From the NCBI RefSeq assembly GCF_000026545.1, contig NC_011601.1: a DNA stretch of 64,000 nt. One strand, given 5' to 3'. Below the pieces are notes generated by a model. The model saw only the letters and a list, made by a program, of their open reading frames with translations. It searched no databases and was not told where the DNA came from. Shown here one piece after another: positions 45,335 to 55,812 of the stretch (position 1 is its first letter; every line of letters begins with the position of its first letter). This DNA is from Escherichia coli O127:H6 str. E2348/69 (lineage in GTDB: Bacteria > Pseudomonadota > Gammaproteobacteria > Enterobacterales > Enterobacteriaceae). The translations under genes were made by a program, and so were the position numbers.

Positions 45335-45470
45335 CTTGCATGTGTGTGTATGCCGGATAAAGCGTTTACGCCGCATCCGGCATTTGAGCATAGTGCCTGA
45401 TGCGACGCTTGATGCGTCTTATCAGGCCTACAGGTGCACCGTATCCGGCAAACCATACTCACATCAACAA
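45335..45470. repeat. REP element cluster between mpl and yjgA
   Basis: gccggataaagcgtttacgccgcatccggc and gcctgatgcgacgct...gcgtcttatcaggcctac units. Confidence 0.75.
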
Positions 45471-45476
45471 CGAAAA

Positions 45477-46028
45477 TTACCCTTCGTTTTCCGCTAACTC
45501 GCGCAGATACTGGAAAATCTGACGTGCGGATTTCGGCGGCTTATTCCCTTCTTTCTCTTTCTTCGCGTTGCGGATCAGAGTTCGCAGTTGCTGACGATCG
45601 GCATCGGGCCACAGATTCAATACTTCAGCGATGGCATCATCACCCTGGTCGATCAGACGATCGCGCAGGTTTTCCAGTTTATGGAACAGCACCACCTGCT
45701 GGTTGTGGCGGTTTTTCAGCTTATCCAGCGCCTGACGAATAGGCTCTACGTCGCGCTGGCGCAGCATCTTGCCGATGAGCTGCAACTGGCGGCGGCGACC
45801 TTCCATCTTAATACGCTGGGCGAGCTCAATAGCCGCGCGCAGATCCGCATCTAACGGGATCTTATCCAGCGCGTTTTTCCCCAGATCAACAATTTCCGCG
45901 CCAAGGCGTTTTAGCTCCTCGGCATCACGTTTAATTTCACTTTTACTGACCCAGATAATTTCATCGTCTTCGTCTTCGATGTCATCACCGGGAACGTCGT
46001 CGAGCCAGTCTTCGGGCTGCTTAGTCAT
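45477..46028 (-). CDS. yjgA: Ribosome-associated protein (DUF615)
   Basis: 183-aa product [43 protein letters not shown]... Confidence 0.9.
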
Positions 46029-46121
46029 CTCAGGCTCCTTAAAAAAAGAGGCTAATGTTACCAGTTAAGATGCGCACTGAAAAACGGTTCTCTGTTAGAC
46101 TTCAGAGAAACTCTCTACATT

Positions 46122-47474
46122 ATGGCACTTGCAATGAAAGTAATCTCTCAAGTTGAAGCGCAGCGCAAGATTCTGGAAGAAGCAGTTTCGACTGCGCTGG
46201 AGTTGGCCTCAGGCAAATCGGACGGTGCAGAAGTTGCCGTCAGCAAGACCACCGGCATTAGCGTAAGCACGCGTTATGGTGAAGTGGAGAATGTTGAATT
46301 CAATAGCGATGGCGCGCTGGGGATCACCGTTTATCACCAGAACCGTAAAGGTAGCGCATCGTCTACCGATTTAAGCCCGCAGGCCATTGCCCGCACCGTA
46401 CAGGCGGCGCTGGATATTGCCCGTTACACTTCGCCAGATCCGTATGCAGGCGTGGCAGACAAAGAACTGCTGGCTTTCGACGCGCCGGATCTTGACCTGT
46501 TCCACCCTGCGGACGTTTCTCCGGATGAAGCCATTGAACTGGCGGCCCGTGCGGAACAGGCGGCATTGCAGGCGGACAAACGCATCACCAATACCGAAGG
46601 CGGTAGCTTTAACAGCCACTACGGTGTCAAAGTTTTTGGCAACAGCCACGGCATGTTGCAGGGTTACTGCTCAACGCGTCATTCGCTCTCCAGTTGTGTA
46701 ATCGCCGAAGAAAATGGCGATATGGAGCGCGATTATGCCTACACCATTGGGCGTGCGATGAGCGATCTACAAACGCCAGAGTGGGTTGGGGCCGACTGTG
46801 CTCGCCGTACCTTATCGCGCCTGTCACCGCGTAAACTTTCTACCATGAAAGCGCCGGTGATTTTTGCCAATGAAGTGGCAACAGGGTTGTTTGGTCATTT
46901 GGTGGGGGCGATAGCGGGTGGTGCGGTCTACCGTAAATCGACCTTCTTGCTCGACTCGCTCGGTAAACAAATTCTGCCGGATTGGCTGACCATTGAAGAG
47001 CATCCGCATCTGCTGAAAGGGCTGGCATCTACACCATTCGACAGCGAAGGTGTGCGCACCGAGCGCCGCGATATCGTCAAAGATGGCATCCTGACTCAGT
47101 GGCTGCTGACCAGCTATTCGGCGCGGAAACTGGGGCTGAAAAGCACCGGACATGCGGGCGGTATTCACAACTGGCGGATTGCCGGACAAGGGCTAAGCTT
47201 CGAACAAATGCTCAAAGAGATGGGCACCGGGCTGGTGGTGACGGAGCTGATGGGCCAGGGCGTGAGTGCCATTACTGGTGATTATTCCCGTGGTGCAGCG
47301 GGCTTCTGGGTAGAGAATGGCGAGATTCAGTATCCGGTGAGCGAAATCACCATCGCTGGTAATTTAAAAGATATGTGGCGCAATATTGTCACCGTCGGTA
47401 ACGATATTGAAACACGCAGTAATATACAGTGTGGTTCTGTGCTGTTGCCGGAGATGAAAATCGCCGGGCAGTAA
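46122..47474 (+). CDS. pmbA: Metalloprotease PmbA (TldD/PmbA family)
   Basis: 450-aa product [43 protein letters not shown]... Confidence 0.95.
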   Translation: MALAMKVISQVEAQRKILEEAVSTALELASGKSDGAEVAVSKTTGISVSTRYGEVENVEFNSDGALGITVYHQNRKGSASSTDLSPQAIARTVQAALDIARYTSPDPYAGVADKELLAFDAPDLDLFHPADVSPDEAIELAARAEQAALQADKRITNTEGGSFNSHYGVKVFGNSHGMLQGYCSTRHSLSSCVIAEENGDMERDYAYTIGRAMSDLQTPEWVGADCARRTLSRLSPRKLSTMKAPVIFANEVATGLFGHLVGAIAGGAVYRKSTFLLDSLGKQILPDWLTIEEHPHLLKGLASTPFDSEGVRTERRDIVKDGILTQWLLTSYSARKLGLKSTGHAGGIHNWRIAGQGLSFEQMLKEMGTGLVVTELMGQGVSAITGDYSRGAAGFWVENGEIQYPVSEITIAGNLKDMWRNIVTVGNDIETRSNIQCGSVLLPEMKIAGQ

Positions 47475-47653
47475 AAAACTGGCGCGACCTGCCGCGCTAT
47501 AAACTAAAAAATTACACAAAATCATTCGCACTGCATCGAGACGGAAAGTGAATGAGAGCCGGGGAGCGTACTCGTAGTACGTGACTCGGGCGAATGAGCG
47601 TAGCCGTCGATGAGGCAGTGTGAAGGATGAAGTGTAAATAAAAAAGGAAGTGA

Positions 47654-48043
<390 letters not shown>

Positions 48044-48087
48044 TTCTTTATTTCCCTGTTGCCTGCACTCAGGTAACAGGGAACTTA

Positions 48088-48552
48088 TCATCGCAAATAA
48101 TGCACCACCTGATTGCTGCTGCCGCGCCAGATCAGGGAAGGGTCTTTTAAATCCTGCACAAATTTGCCGTCGACCAGCACGTTAATCAAATCAACAACCT
48201 GCATTTGCGCAGCGTTGAGTTCGTCGAGTTTATAGCCTGTCCACACCCAGATGTCTTTACCCGGACACTCGGCGCGGATGCGTTGTACCAGTTTCAGAAT
48301 ATCCGGCACGTTTTGCGGATGTAGCGGATCGCCGCCGGAGAGGGAAATACCCTGGCGTTTGATACGAGTGTCATTCAGATCGTTAATGATCTGGTCTTCC
48401 ATTGCTTTGGTAAATGGCTGACCGGAATTTACCCGCCAGGTGCTTTTGTTATAGCAACCGGGGCATTCATGAACACACCCGGAGACAAACAGGGTGCAGC
48501 GAGTGCCGGGGCCGTTGACGATGTCGACAGGATAGTACTGATGATAGTTCAT
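48088..48552 (-). CDS. nrdG: Anaerobic ribonucleoside-triphosphate reductase activating protein (radical SAM)
   Basis: 154-aa product MNYHQYYPVDIVNGPGTRCTLFVSGCVHECPGCYNKSTW... Confidence 0.95.
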   Translation of the reverse strand: MNYHQYYPVDIVNGPGTRCTLFVSGCVHECPGCYNKSTWRVNSGQPFTKAMEDQIINDLNDTRIKRQGISLSGGDPLHPQNVPDILKLVQRIRAECPGKDIWVWTGYKLDELNAAQMQVVDLINVLVDGKFVQDLKDPSLIWRGSSNQVVHYLR

Positions 48553-48559
48553 TATTTCA

Positions 48560-48700
<141 letters not shown>

Positions 48701-48709
48701 GAGTGAAGA

Positions 48710-50848
48710 TTAACCTATCTGCCCATTTCCCAAATGTTTAACGCGGCGCTTAACTTCTTCCTGCTTACCAGCGTTAAACGGACGTGCATCCGGGCTACCT
48801 AAATATCCGCACACGCGGCGAGTCACCGACACACGGGAGGTGTCATGGTTACCACATTTCGGACAAGTGAAGCCTTTGCTGGTGCACTCAAATTCGCCGG
48901 TAAAGCCACACTCGTAGCATTCATCGATCGGTGTGTTGGTGCCGTAATACGGTACATGCTGATAGCTGTAATCCCAGACATCTTCCAGCGCCTTCAGGTT
49001 GTGCTGAATGTTTGGATACTCGCCATAGCAAATGAAGCCACCGTTCGCCAGTGGCGGGTAAGGCGCTTCAAAGTCGATCTTGTCGTACGGGTTCACCTTC
49101 TTCTCCACATCGAGGTGGAAACTGTTGGTGTAGTAACCTTTATCGGTCACGCCCGGCACCACGCCAAACTCAGCGGTATCGAGACGGCAGAAGCGGTCGC
49201 ACAGGTTCTCACTCGGCGTACTGTAGAGGCTGAAACCGTAGCCAGTTTCTTCTTTCCACTGCTCCACCGCCTGACGCAGACGCTCAACAATCGCAATACC
49301 TTTCGCGCGCAGCTGCTCGTTGTCGTAAACATGCTCGCCGCCGAACAGCGCGTTAATGGTTTCGTGGATGCCGATGTAACCCAGCGAAATAGACGCACGA
49401 CCGTTTTTGAAGATTTCAGAAACGTCGTCGTCAGCATTCAGACGCACGCCACAAGCGCCTTCCATATAGAGGATCGGGGCTACGCGCGCTTTCACGCCTT
49501 CGAGACGAGCGATACGGGTCATCAGTGCCTTACGTGCCAACACCAGACGTTCATCCAGCAGCTTCCAGAAGGTGGCTTCATCGCCTTTTGCTTCCAGAGC
49601 AATACGCGGCAGGTTCAGGCTGATCACGCCGAGGTTGTTACGACCATCGTGGATCTGCTCGCCGTTTTCATTTTCCCACACGCCGAGGAAGCTGCGGCAG
49701 CCCATCGGGGTTTTAAACGAACCGGTGACTTTCACTACCTGATCGTAGTTCAGGATATCCGGATACATGCGCTTGCTTGCGCACTCCAGCGCCAGCTGTT
49801 TGATGTCGTAGTTCGGATCGCCTTTTTTATGGTTCAGGCCATCGCGAATCGCAAACACCAGTTTCGGGAACACCGCCGTTTTACGGTTTTTACCGAGGCC
49901 GGCGATACGGTTACGCAGGATAGATTCCTGAATCAGGCGCGACTCCCAGCTGGTGCCCAGACCAAAACCAAAGGTCACAAACGGTGTTTGACCGTTGGCG
50001 GTGTGCAGGGTGTTTACTTCGTACTCCAGCGACTGGAAGGCATCGTAGCACTCTTTGATGGTACGAGAGTTAGCGTAGCCTTCGGCGTCCGGGATGCTCC
50101 ATTCTTCTGCGGTCTTGCGATGTTTGTTGTAGCTGGCGGTGACAAACGGTGCCAGCACTTCATCGATACGGTTAATGGTGGTGCCGCCATAAATATGGCT
50201 GGCGACCTGAGCAATAATCTGCGCAGTTACCGCGGTTGCCGTAGAGATCGATTTCGGCGGTTCAATCTCGGCGTTCCCCATTTTAAAGCCCTGGGTCAGC
50301 ATGCCTTTCAGGTCGATCAACATGCAGTTGAACATCGGGAAGAACGGTGAGTAATCGAGATCGTGATAGTGAATATCACCACGTTCATGTGCCTGCACCA
50401 CGTCACGCGGCAGCAGGTGCTGGCGTGCATAGTGTTTAGCCACGATCCCGGCCAGCAGGTCGCGCTGGGTTGGAATCACCTTGCTGTCTTTGTTGGCGTT
50501 TTCGTTGAGTAACGAGGAGTTGGTCTGCTCGACCAGACCACGGATCTCCTGGTTCAGGCGACCGCGTTTTTCACGTTCAATGTCGCGATCGTGACGGTAC
50601 TCGATGTAAGCACGAGCCAGTTGTTTGTATGGCCCCGACATCAGCTGGTTTTCAACTGCGGTCTGGATCTCATTGATATCCACCTGGTTGCGGCCCTGCA
50701 TCTGCTCGCTGACAACCGCAGCAACAGTGGCGCAATAATCGTCATCATCGACTTCCGCTGCTTTAGCTGCACGCAGAATCGCTTCTTTGATGCGCTCTGA
50801 TTTAAACGGCACTTTGCAGCCGTCTCGTTTCATCACATGCGGTGTCAT
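48710..50848 (-). CDS. nrdD: Anaerobic ribonucleoside-triphosphate reductase (glycyl radical enzyme)
   Basis: 712-aa product MTPHVMKRDGCKVPFKSERIKEAILRAAKAAEV... ending with Zn-ribbon CxxC...CxxC and glycyl-radical region. Confidence 0.97.
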   Translation of the reverse strand: MTPHVMKRDGCKVPFKSERIKEAILRAAKAAEVDDDDYCATVAAVVSEQMQGRNQVDINEIQTAVENQLMSGPYKQLARAYIEYRHDRDIEREKRGRLNQEIRGLVEQTNSSLLNENANKDSKVIPTQRDLLAGIVAKHYARQHLLPRDVVQAHERGDIHYHDLDYSPFFPMFNCMLIDLKGMLTQGFKMGNAEIEPPKSISTATAVTAQIIAQVASHIYGGTTINRIDEVLAPFVTASYNKHRKTAEEWSIPDAEGYANSRTIKECYDAFQSLEYEVNTLHTANGQTPFVTFGFGLGTSWESRLIQESILRNRIAGLGKNRKTAVFPKLVFAIRDGLNHKKGDPNYDIKQLALECASKRMYPDILNYDQVVKVTGSFKTPMGCRSFLGVWENENGEQIHDGRNNLGVISLNLPRIALEAKGDEATFWKLLDERLVLARKALMTRIARLEGVKARVAPILYMEGACGVRLNADDDVSEIFKNGRASISLGYIGIHETINALFGGEHVYDNEQLRAKGIAIVERLRQAVEQWKEETGYGFSLYSTPSENLCDRFCRLDTAEFGVVPGVTDKGYYTNSFHLDVEKKVNPYDKIDFEAPYPPLANGGFICYGEYPNIQHNLKALEDVWDYSYQHVPYYGTNTPIDECYECGFTGEFECTSKGFTCPKCGNHDTSRVSVTRRVCGYLGSPDARPFNAGKQEEVKRRVKHLGNGQIG

Positions 50849-51084
50849 GATCGCTCCATATTTTTAAGAACAGGTTATCCACAGAAATTGGGAAAGGCGT
50901 TTTCCGGTTTTTTCGTTTCGTTTTCCGGTGCTTTCCGCAATCGCCATCCGCTTATCCACAACGTCGCACCTTTTTCGTGGGGAGCTGTAGTAGCAATTAT
51001 AGTCGATTAATACAACATATTGGGTTGGGACGCATTTTAAAGTCTATATATAGTGCTTTGCATCAAGGATGTTTGAACTTTTTT

Positions 51085-51098
51085 TGATGTAGCTCAAA
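51085..51098. promoter_or_regulatory. FNR-like half-site pair TTGAT-GTAG-CTCAA upstream of nrdDG
   Basis: 9/10 match to TTGAT-N4-ATCAA read from sequence; nrdDG is FNR-activated in E. coli (from memory); exact position relative to the TSS not verifiable here. Confidence 0.3.
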
Positions 51099-51241
51099 GT
51101 AAAAAGCAGAGCGTACGGATGACGGGCGCTACAGCGATATGTAAATTTTTTAATGAATTTTTTGATTATAAAATCAACAAAAACAACATACTGACAGGCA
51201 AAACCCCGGAATGACAGGCATTACCGGGGCTTAGCGAAGAT

Positions 51242-52897
51242 TTACTTCTGTAACCACCAGACAGCCTCAAAAGGCCGTAAAGTCATGGTACAGGGTTGTG
51301 GTGAGGCTTCTTCGTAGTTATGCATCACAAGCTGCCAGTTGCCGAGCATTTTCCCTGGCTGCCAGGGTTGGGTCTCACGGCTAAGGTTGGCAATGACCAG
51401 CAAGGTTTGCCCCTTCCACTCACGGCGATAGCACCACAATACAGGGCTATTTGGCAGCAGATCCTGGTAATCGCCCCATGTCAGGACGGCTTCTTGCTTA
51501 CGCAGTGCGATTAACTTTTGGTAGGTGTAAAACACCGAGGACTCATCGGCCAGCGCTGCTTCTACGTTGATTTCCTGATAGTTATCGCCCAGGCCAATCC
51601 ACGGTTCGCCAGCCGTAAACCCGGCATTATCGCCGTTGGTCCATTGCATGGGCGTGCGACTGTTGTCACGGGATTTACTGGCGAGGATTGCCAATAACTC
51701 GTCGGCATCACGCCCATCGTTGCGCAGCTCGGCAAACATATTGAGGCTCTCCACGTCGCGATAGTCAGTAATGCGCGTGAAATGTGGGTTGGTCATGCCA
51801 ATCTCTTCGCCCTGGTAGATATACGGCGTTCCCTGCATGCCATGCAGCACCATCGCCAGCATTTTTGCCGCAGGCACGCGGTATTCACCTTCATCACCAA
51901 AGCGAGAAACAATGCGCGGCTGATCGTGGTTACACCAGAACAAGGCATTCCATGCCACGTTGTGCATTCCTTGTTGCCAGTGGCGGAACAATGTTTTCAA
52001 CGCCACAAAGTCAGGTTTAGCCAGCGTCCATTTTTCACCACCGGGATAATCGACCTTCAGGTGATGAAAATTAAAGGTCATCGACAATTCACTGCCTGTC
52101 AGTGCCGCGTATCGCTGGCAATGCTCAAGGCTGGTGGAGGACATTTCACCTACGGTCATTAACCCGCGTGGCGTAAACACATCGCGGTTCATCTCGTGCA
52201 AAAACTCGTGTGCTCGTGGCCCGTCGGTGTAGAAGCGACGCCCATCGCCATCCAGGTCTTCAGGGTAACGCGGGTCTTTGGAGATCAGATTCACCACATC
52301 TAGGCGCAACCCGTCGACCCCACGATCGGCCCAGAACTCACAGACTTTTTTCAGCTCTGCGCGTACCGCTGGATTCTCCCAGTTGAGATCCGCCTGTTCT
52401 GGTGCAAAGAGATGCAAATAGTACTGTTCGCTTTCTGCATGCCAGCGCCACGCACTACCACCGAATTTTGAACGCCAGTTGTTCGGTGGCGTTTCTGGTT
52501 CTCCATCGCGCCAGATATAAAACTGGCGGTAAGGGCTTTCTTTGTTCAGCGCCTCGCGAAACCAGGCATGTTGGGTAGAGGTATGGTTAAACACCATATC
52601 GAGAATGATACGAATCCCGCGCGATTTTGCCTGTGTCACCAGTTCGTCAAAATCGTCCAGCGTGCCATAGGTGGGATCAATCGCCGTATAATTCGCTACG
52701 TCGTAACCGTTATCGACCTGGGGAGAGACATAAAAGGGGGTTAGCCAGATGGCATCAACGCCCAGTTTATGCAGATAGTCCAGGCGTTGGATAACGCCAC
52801 GTAAATCGCCGGTGCCGCTACCCGTGGTGTCCTGAAAACTCTTTGGATAAATCTGGTAGATAACGCCGTTTTGCCACCAGTGGGGAAGATGAGTCAT
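51242..52897 (-). CDS. treC: Trehalose-6-phosphate hydrolase
   Basis: 551-aa product MTHLPHWWQNGVIYQIYPKSFQDTTGSGTGDLRGVIQRLDYL... (GH13). Confidence 0.95.
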   Translation of the reverse strand: MTHLPHWWQNGVIYQIYPKSFQDTTGSGTGDLRGVIQRLDYLHKLGVDAIWLTPFYVSPQVDNGYDVANYTAIDPTYGTLDDFDELVTQAKSRGIRIILDMVFNHTSTQHAWFREALNKESPYRQFYIWRDGEPETPPNNWRSKFGGSAWRWHAESEQYYLHLFAPEQADLNWENPAVRAELKKVCEFWADRGVDGLRLDVVNLISKDPRYPEDLDGDGRRFYTDGPRAHEFLHEMNRDVFTPRGLMTVGEMSSTSLEHCQRYAALTGSELSMTFNFHHLKVDYPGGEKWTLAKPDFVALKTLFRHWQQGMHNVAWNALFWCNHDQPRIVSRFGDEGEYRVPAAKMLAMVLHGMQGTPYIYQGEEIGMTNPHFTRITDYRDVESLNMFAELRNDGRDADELLAILASKSRDNSRTPMQWTNGDNAGFTAGEPWIGLGDNYQEINVEAALADESSVFYTYQKLIALRKQEAVLTWGDYQDLLPNSPVLWCYRREWKGQTLLVIANLSRETQPWQPGKMLGNWQLVMHNYEEASPQPCTMTLRPFEAVWWLQK

Positions 52898-52946
52898 TAC
52901 GTTATTCCTGCAAATGCGAGGGGGCGCAATTGCGCCCCGAAGAAAA

Positions 52947-54368
52947 TTAAACAATGTCCAGCGTGCCCAGGCGGTATTTCCGCTGATAGATAAACGAGGT
53001 GAGTACAATCGGGATGATGATGGCGATAGCCATTGCCAGCGCAAACACCTGCCAGTAGCTCGGTTGAATCGAGAGAATTCCCGGCAGGCCGCCTACGCCG
53101 ATGCCATTCGCCATAACGCCGTTCAGGCCGCATAGCAATCCTGCCAGACCAGAACCAATCATCGCGCACAGCATCGGGAAGCGATATTTCAGGTTGATGC
53201 CGTACATTGCAGGCTCAGTGACCCCAAGCCAGGCGGAGATAGCGGCAGGCACGGAGATCTCGCGTTCATTGGGCTTGCGGCTGGAAATGATAATACCTAT
53301 CACGGCGGAGCCCTGAGCGATATTCGACAGTGCAATCAGCGGCCACACTGGCGTGCCACCCATGCTTTGAATCATCTGCAAATCAATAGCAAGCGTGGTC
53401 TGGTGTACGCCGGTGATCACCAGTGGGGCGTACAGGAAGCCAAACAATGCCGCGCCAATCGGAGCAAAGCTGCCGGTCATCAGGTGACGTACCGCAAAGG
53501 CAACGCCATCGCCAATCATGCGACCAAACGGACCAATCAGCGCATGGGCGAGGAACACCGCGAGGATCAGCGAACAGACGGGCACCACCACCAGATAGAG
53601 GTAATCCGGCACGATGCGTTTAAGGCGAGTTTCAATAACGCCCAGCGCCAGCCCGGCTAACAGTGCCGGGATCACCTGCGCCTGATAGCCCACTTTGGCG
53701 ATGCTGAACATGCCAAAGTCCCACACTTCCGGCAGCTGCTGCCCGAGCAGATAAGCGTTCATCAGCTGTGGAGAAACCAGCGTTACGCCAAGCACGATAC
53801 CAAGGATCGGCGTGCCGCCCATTTTTTTCACCGCTGACCAGCAAATCCCGACCGGCAGGTAGAAGAAAATCGCTTCACCGATCAACCACAGAAAATCGTA
53901 GATCGTTTGCAGGGAAGGGTACATTTGCGCCAGCGTCTGACCGTTGCTCATGGGCAAATCGCCGATCACATTGCGAAAACCGAGGATCAAACCGCCGCTA
54001 ATCAGCGCGGGCAGCAACGGGAAGAAAATCTCCGCGAAATGAGAGATCAACTGCTCATGCCATTTCATATTCTGCCGTGCGGCTTTTTTTACCTGCTCTT
54101 TATCAACCTGCGCCTGTCCGGTTGACGCAATCAGTGCTTGATAGTAATCACCCACGTTGGTGCCAATCACCACCTGAAATTGCCCGGCATTGGTGAAACA
54201 GCCTTTCACCATGGGGAGTTGCTCAATTTCTTTCGGTCTGGCATTGGCCGGTTGGTTGAGGACAAAGCGCAGGCGAGTAATACAGTGGCTCACCGTCGCA
54301 ATATTGCCGCGCCCGCCGACCAGTTCAATCAACCGATCGATATCCGTTTGGTTTATTTTGCTCATCAT
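52947..54368 (-). CDS. treB: PTS trehalose-specific EIIBC component
   Basis: 473-aa product MMSKINQTDIDRLIELVGGRGNIATVSHCITRLRF... Confidence 0.95.
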   Translation of the reverse strand: MMSKINQTDIDRLIELVGGRGNIATVSHCITRLRFVLNQPANARPKEIEQLPMVKGCFTNAGQFQVVIGTNVGDYYQALIASTGQAQVDKEQVKKAARQNMKWHEQLISHFAEIFFPLLPALISGGLILGFRNVIGDLPMSNGQTLAQMYPSLQTIYDFLWLIGEAIFFYLPVGICWSAVKKMGGTPILGIVLGVTLVSPQLMNAYLLGQQLPEVWDFGMFSIAKVGYQAQVIPALLAGLALGVIETRLKRIVPDYLYLVVVPVCSLILAVFLAHALIGPFGRMIGDGVAFAVRHLMTGSFAPIGAALFGFLYAPLVITGVHQTTLAIDLQMIQSMGGTPVWPLIALSNIAQGSAVIGIIISSRKPNEREISVPAAISAWLGVTEPAMYGINLKYRFPMLCAMIGSGLAGLLCGLNGVMANGIGVGGLPGILSIQPSYWQVFALAMAIAIIIPIVLTSFIYQRKYRLGTLDIV

Positions 54369-54486
54369 AAAGCCCCATGGCAGATGACATTTTTGGTTGG
54401 CTGCAGAATATATTGCGCGGAAAAATTTAAAAACGGGAACGTTCCCGAAACACAGCGAAGATCACAATTTATCGTTCGGAAAACGA

Positions 54487-55434
54487 TCAGGACAGGGTGG
54501 CGGGGATGATGATTTGTTGCGGTTCGCTGCGCCCGGTTACCTGCGCGATCAACTGGCAGGCCGCCTGGCGTCCAGCTTCGGCGTAACCGGGATCTACGGT
54601 GACGATCTCCGGATGGAGGAATTTCATTAACGGTGTATTACCGACGCTCGCCAGTTGCAAGGTGTCGATGCGTTGCTCTTGCAGGTATTTACTTGCGCCA
54701 AGTGCCAGCGTGTCGGTTGCGCACAGTAACGCGGTAGTTTCAGGCGTAATCACTTTTGCTACGTTCTCATAGCCTTGCTTCATAGCAAGCCCTGGCAGAG
54801 CGGCAACGGGATGCAATTTATGCGTTTTGCAGAACGCAAGGTAGGCTTCGTGACGTCGCTTACCGGTTGTCACGTCACTATGCGGCACGCCGAGATAGCT
54901 GATATTACGATGTCCCTGGTCATACAGCCGTTGCATCAGGATCTTGATTGCCCCTTCGTCGTCATAACAGACCGAAGCAAAGCCTTTTGCGTCACGCGCC
55001 AGCAGAACCAGCGATGACTGCCAGTGGGCTAACATTTCTTCTGTTATGCCGGTAAAACCGAACAGCACTACGCCGTCGATATTACGCCGTTTCAGCACCC
55101 CCAAATGTTCGGCAACTAATTGTGGGGAAAACTGACTTTCCATCATGATTGGATCGTAACCTTGTTCATAGAACGCTGGCAGCATGGTTTGAACGGCGAG
55201 ATTTTCTGACAACGAATCCAGACGGGTAACAATGATGGCGACCACTTTATCGCTTTGCCCACGCATAGCGCGCGCGGAGCGGGAAGGGGAAAATCCATGC
55301 TGATTCATCACTGCTTCAACACGCTCGCGCGTGCGCTGGCTCACGCCGCTTTCGTTATTCAGCACCCGGGAAACCGTAGATTTCCCCACGCCGCTTAAGC
55401 GCGCGATGTCTTTGATGGTCAGCCGATTTTGCAT
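54487..55434 (-). CDS. treR: Trehalose operon repressor (LacI family)
   Basis: 315-aa product MQNRLTIKDIARLSGVGKSTVSRVLNNESGVSQRTRERVEAVM... Confidence 0.95.
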   Translation of the reverse strand: MQNRLTIKDIARLSGVGKSTVSRVLNNESGVSQRTRERVEAVMNQHGFSPSRSARAMRGQSDKVVAIIVTRLDSLSENLAVQTMLPAFYEQGYDPIMMESQFSPQLVAEHLGVLKRRNIDGVVLFGFTGITEEMLAHWQSSLVLLARDAKGFASVCYDDEGAIKILMQRLYDQGHRNISYLGVPHSDVTTGKRRHEAYLAFCKTHKLHPVAALPGLAMKQGYENVAKVITPETTALLCATDTLALGASKYLQEQRIDTLQLASVGNTPLMKFLHPEIVTVDPGYAEAGRQAACQLIAQVTGRSEPQQIIIPATLS

Positions 55435-55499
55435 CCTGTTGTCCCATAACGTGTTGTTTAATTATTTGAGCCTAACTTTACCTGTGCATTCAGCAATGG

Positions 55500-55812
55500 G
55501 TAAAGTCTGGTTTATCGTTGGTTTAGTTGCCAGCAGGTATTATATCGCCATAAATGCTACGAATATTATTGGATTCTCCTTATTATTTGCGGCGCTTTTT
55601 TCACTTACCGGAGGTTATATGGAACCTGATCCCACGCCTCTCCCTCGACGGAGATTAAAACTTTTCCGGTAAGCCCGTCTTTTCGCGGCGTTACCGGATG
55701 CGTAAGGCCGTGACGTTTTAACGTCCCTGCTCAGCTTTATTACCTTCAGGTAAGGCTTCGCCACGCCTGAAGACATTTCTGTACTGTTTCAGACAGTGCG
55801 GAGGGACTCCTT
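55500..55812 (+). promoter_or_regulatory. mgtA 5' leader region (Mg2+/proline-responsive attenuation leader containing mgtL)
   Basis: Long untranslated leader between treR and mgtA containing the mgtL ORF; assignment from known mgtA biology. Confidence 0.6.
55619..55672 (+). CDS. mgtL: mgtA leader peptide (proline-rich, 17 aa)
   Basis: [17 protein letters not shown] encoded about 140 nt upstream of mgtA within the long 5' leader. Confidence 0.8.

Noticed and set aside
48845-50350. 501-aa ORF on the plus strand
   Set aside because: Lies entirely antisense within nrdD, whose identity is unambiguous; no recognisable motifs; GC-rich shadow ORF.
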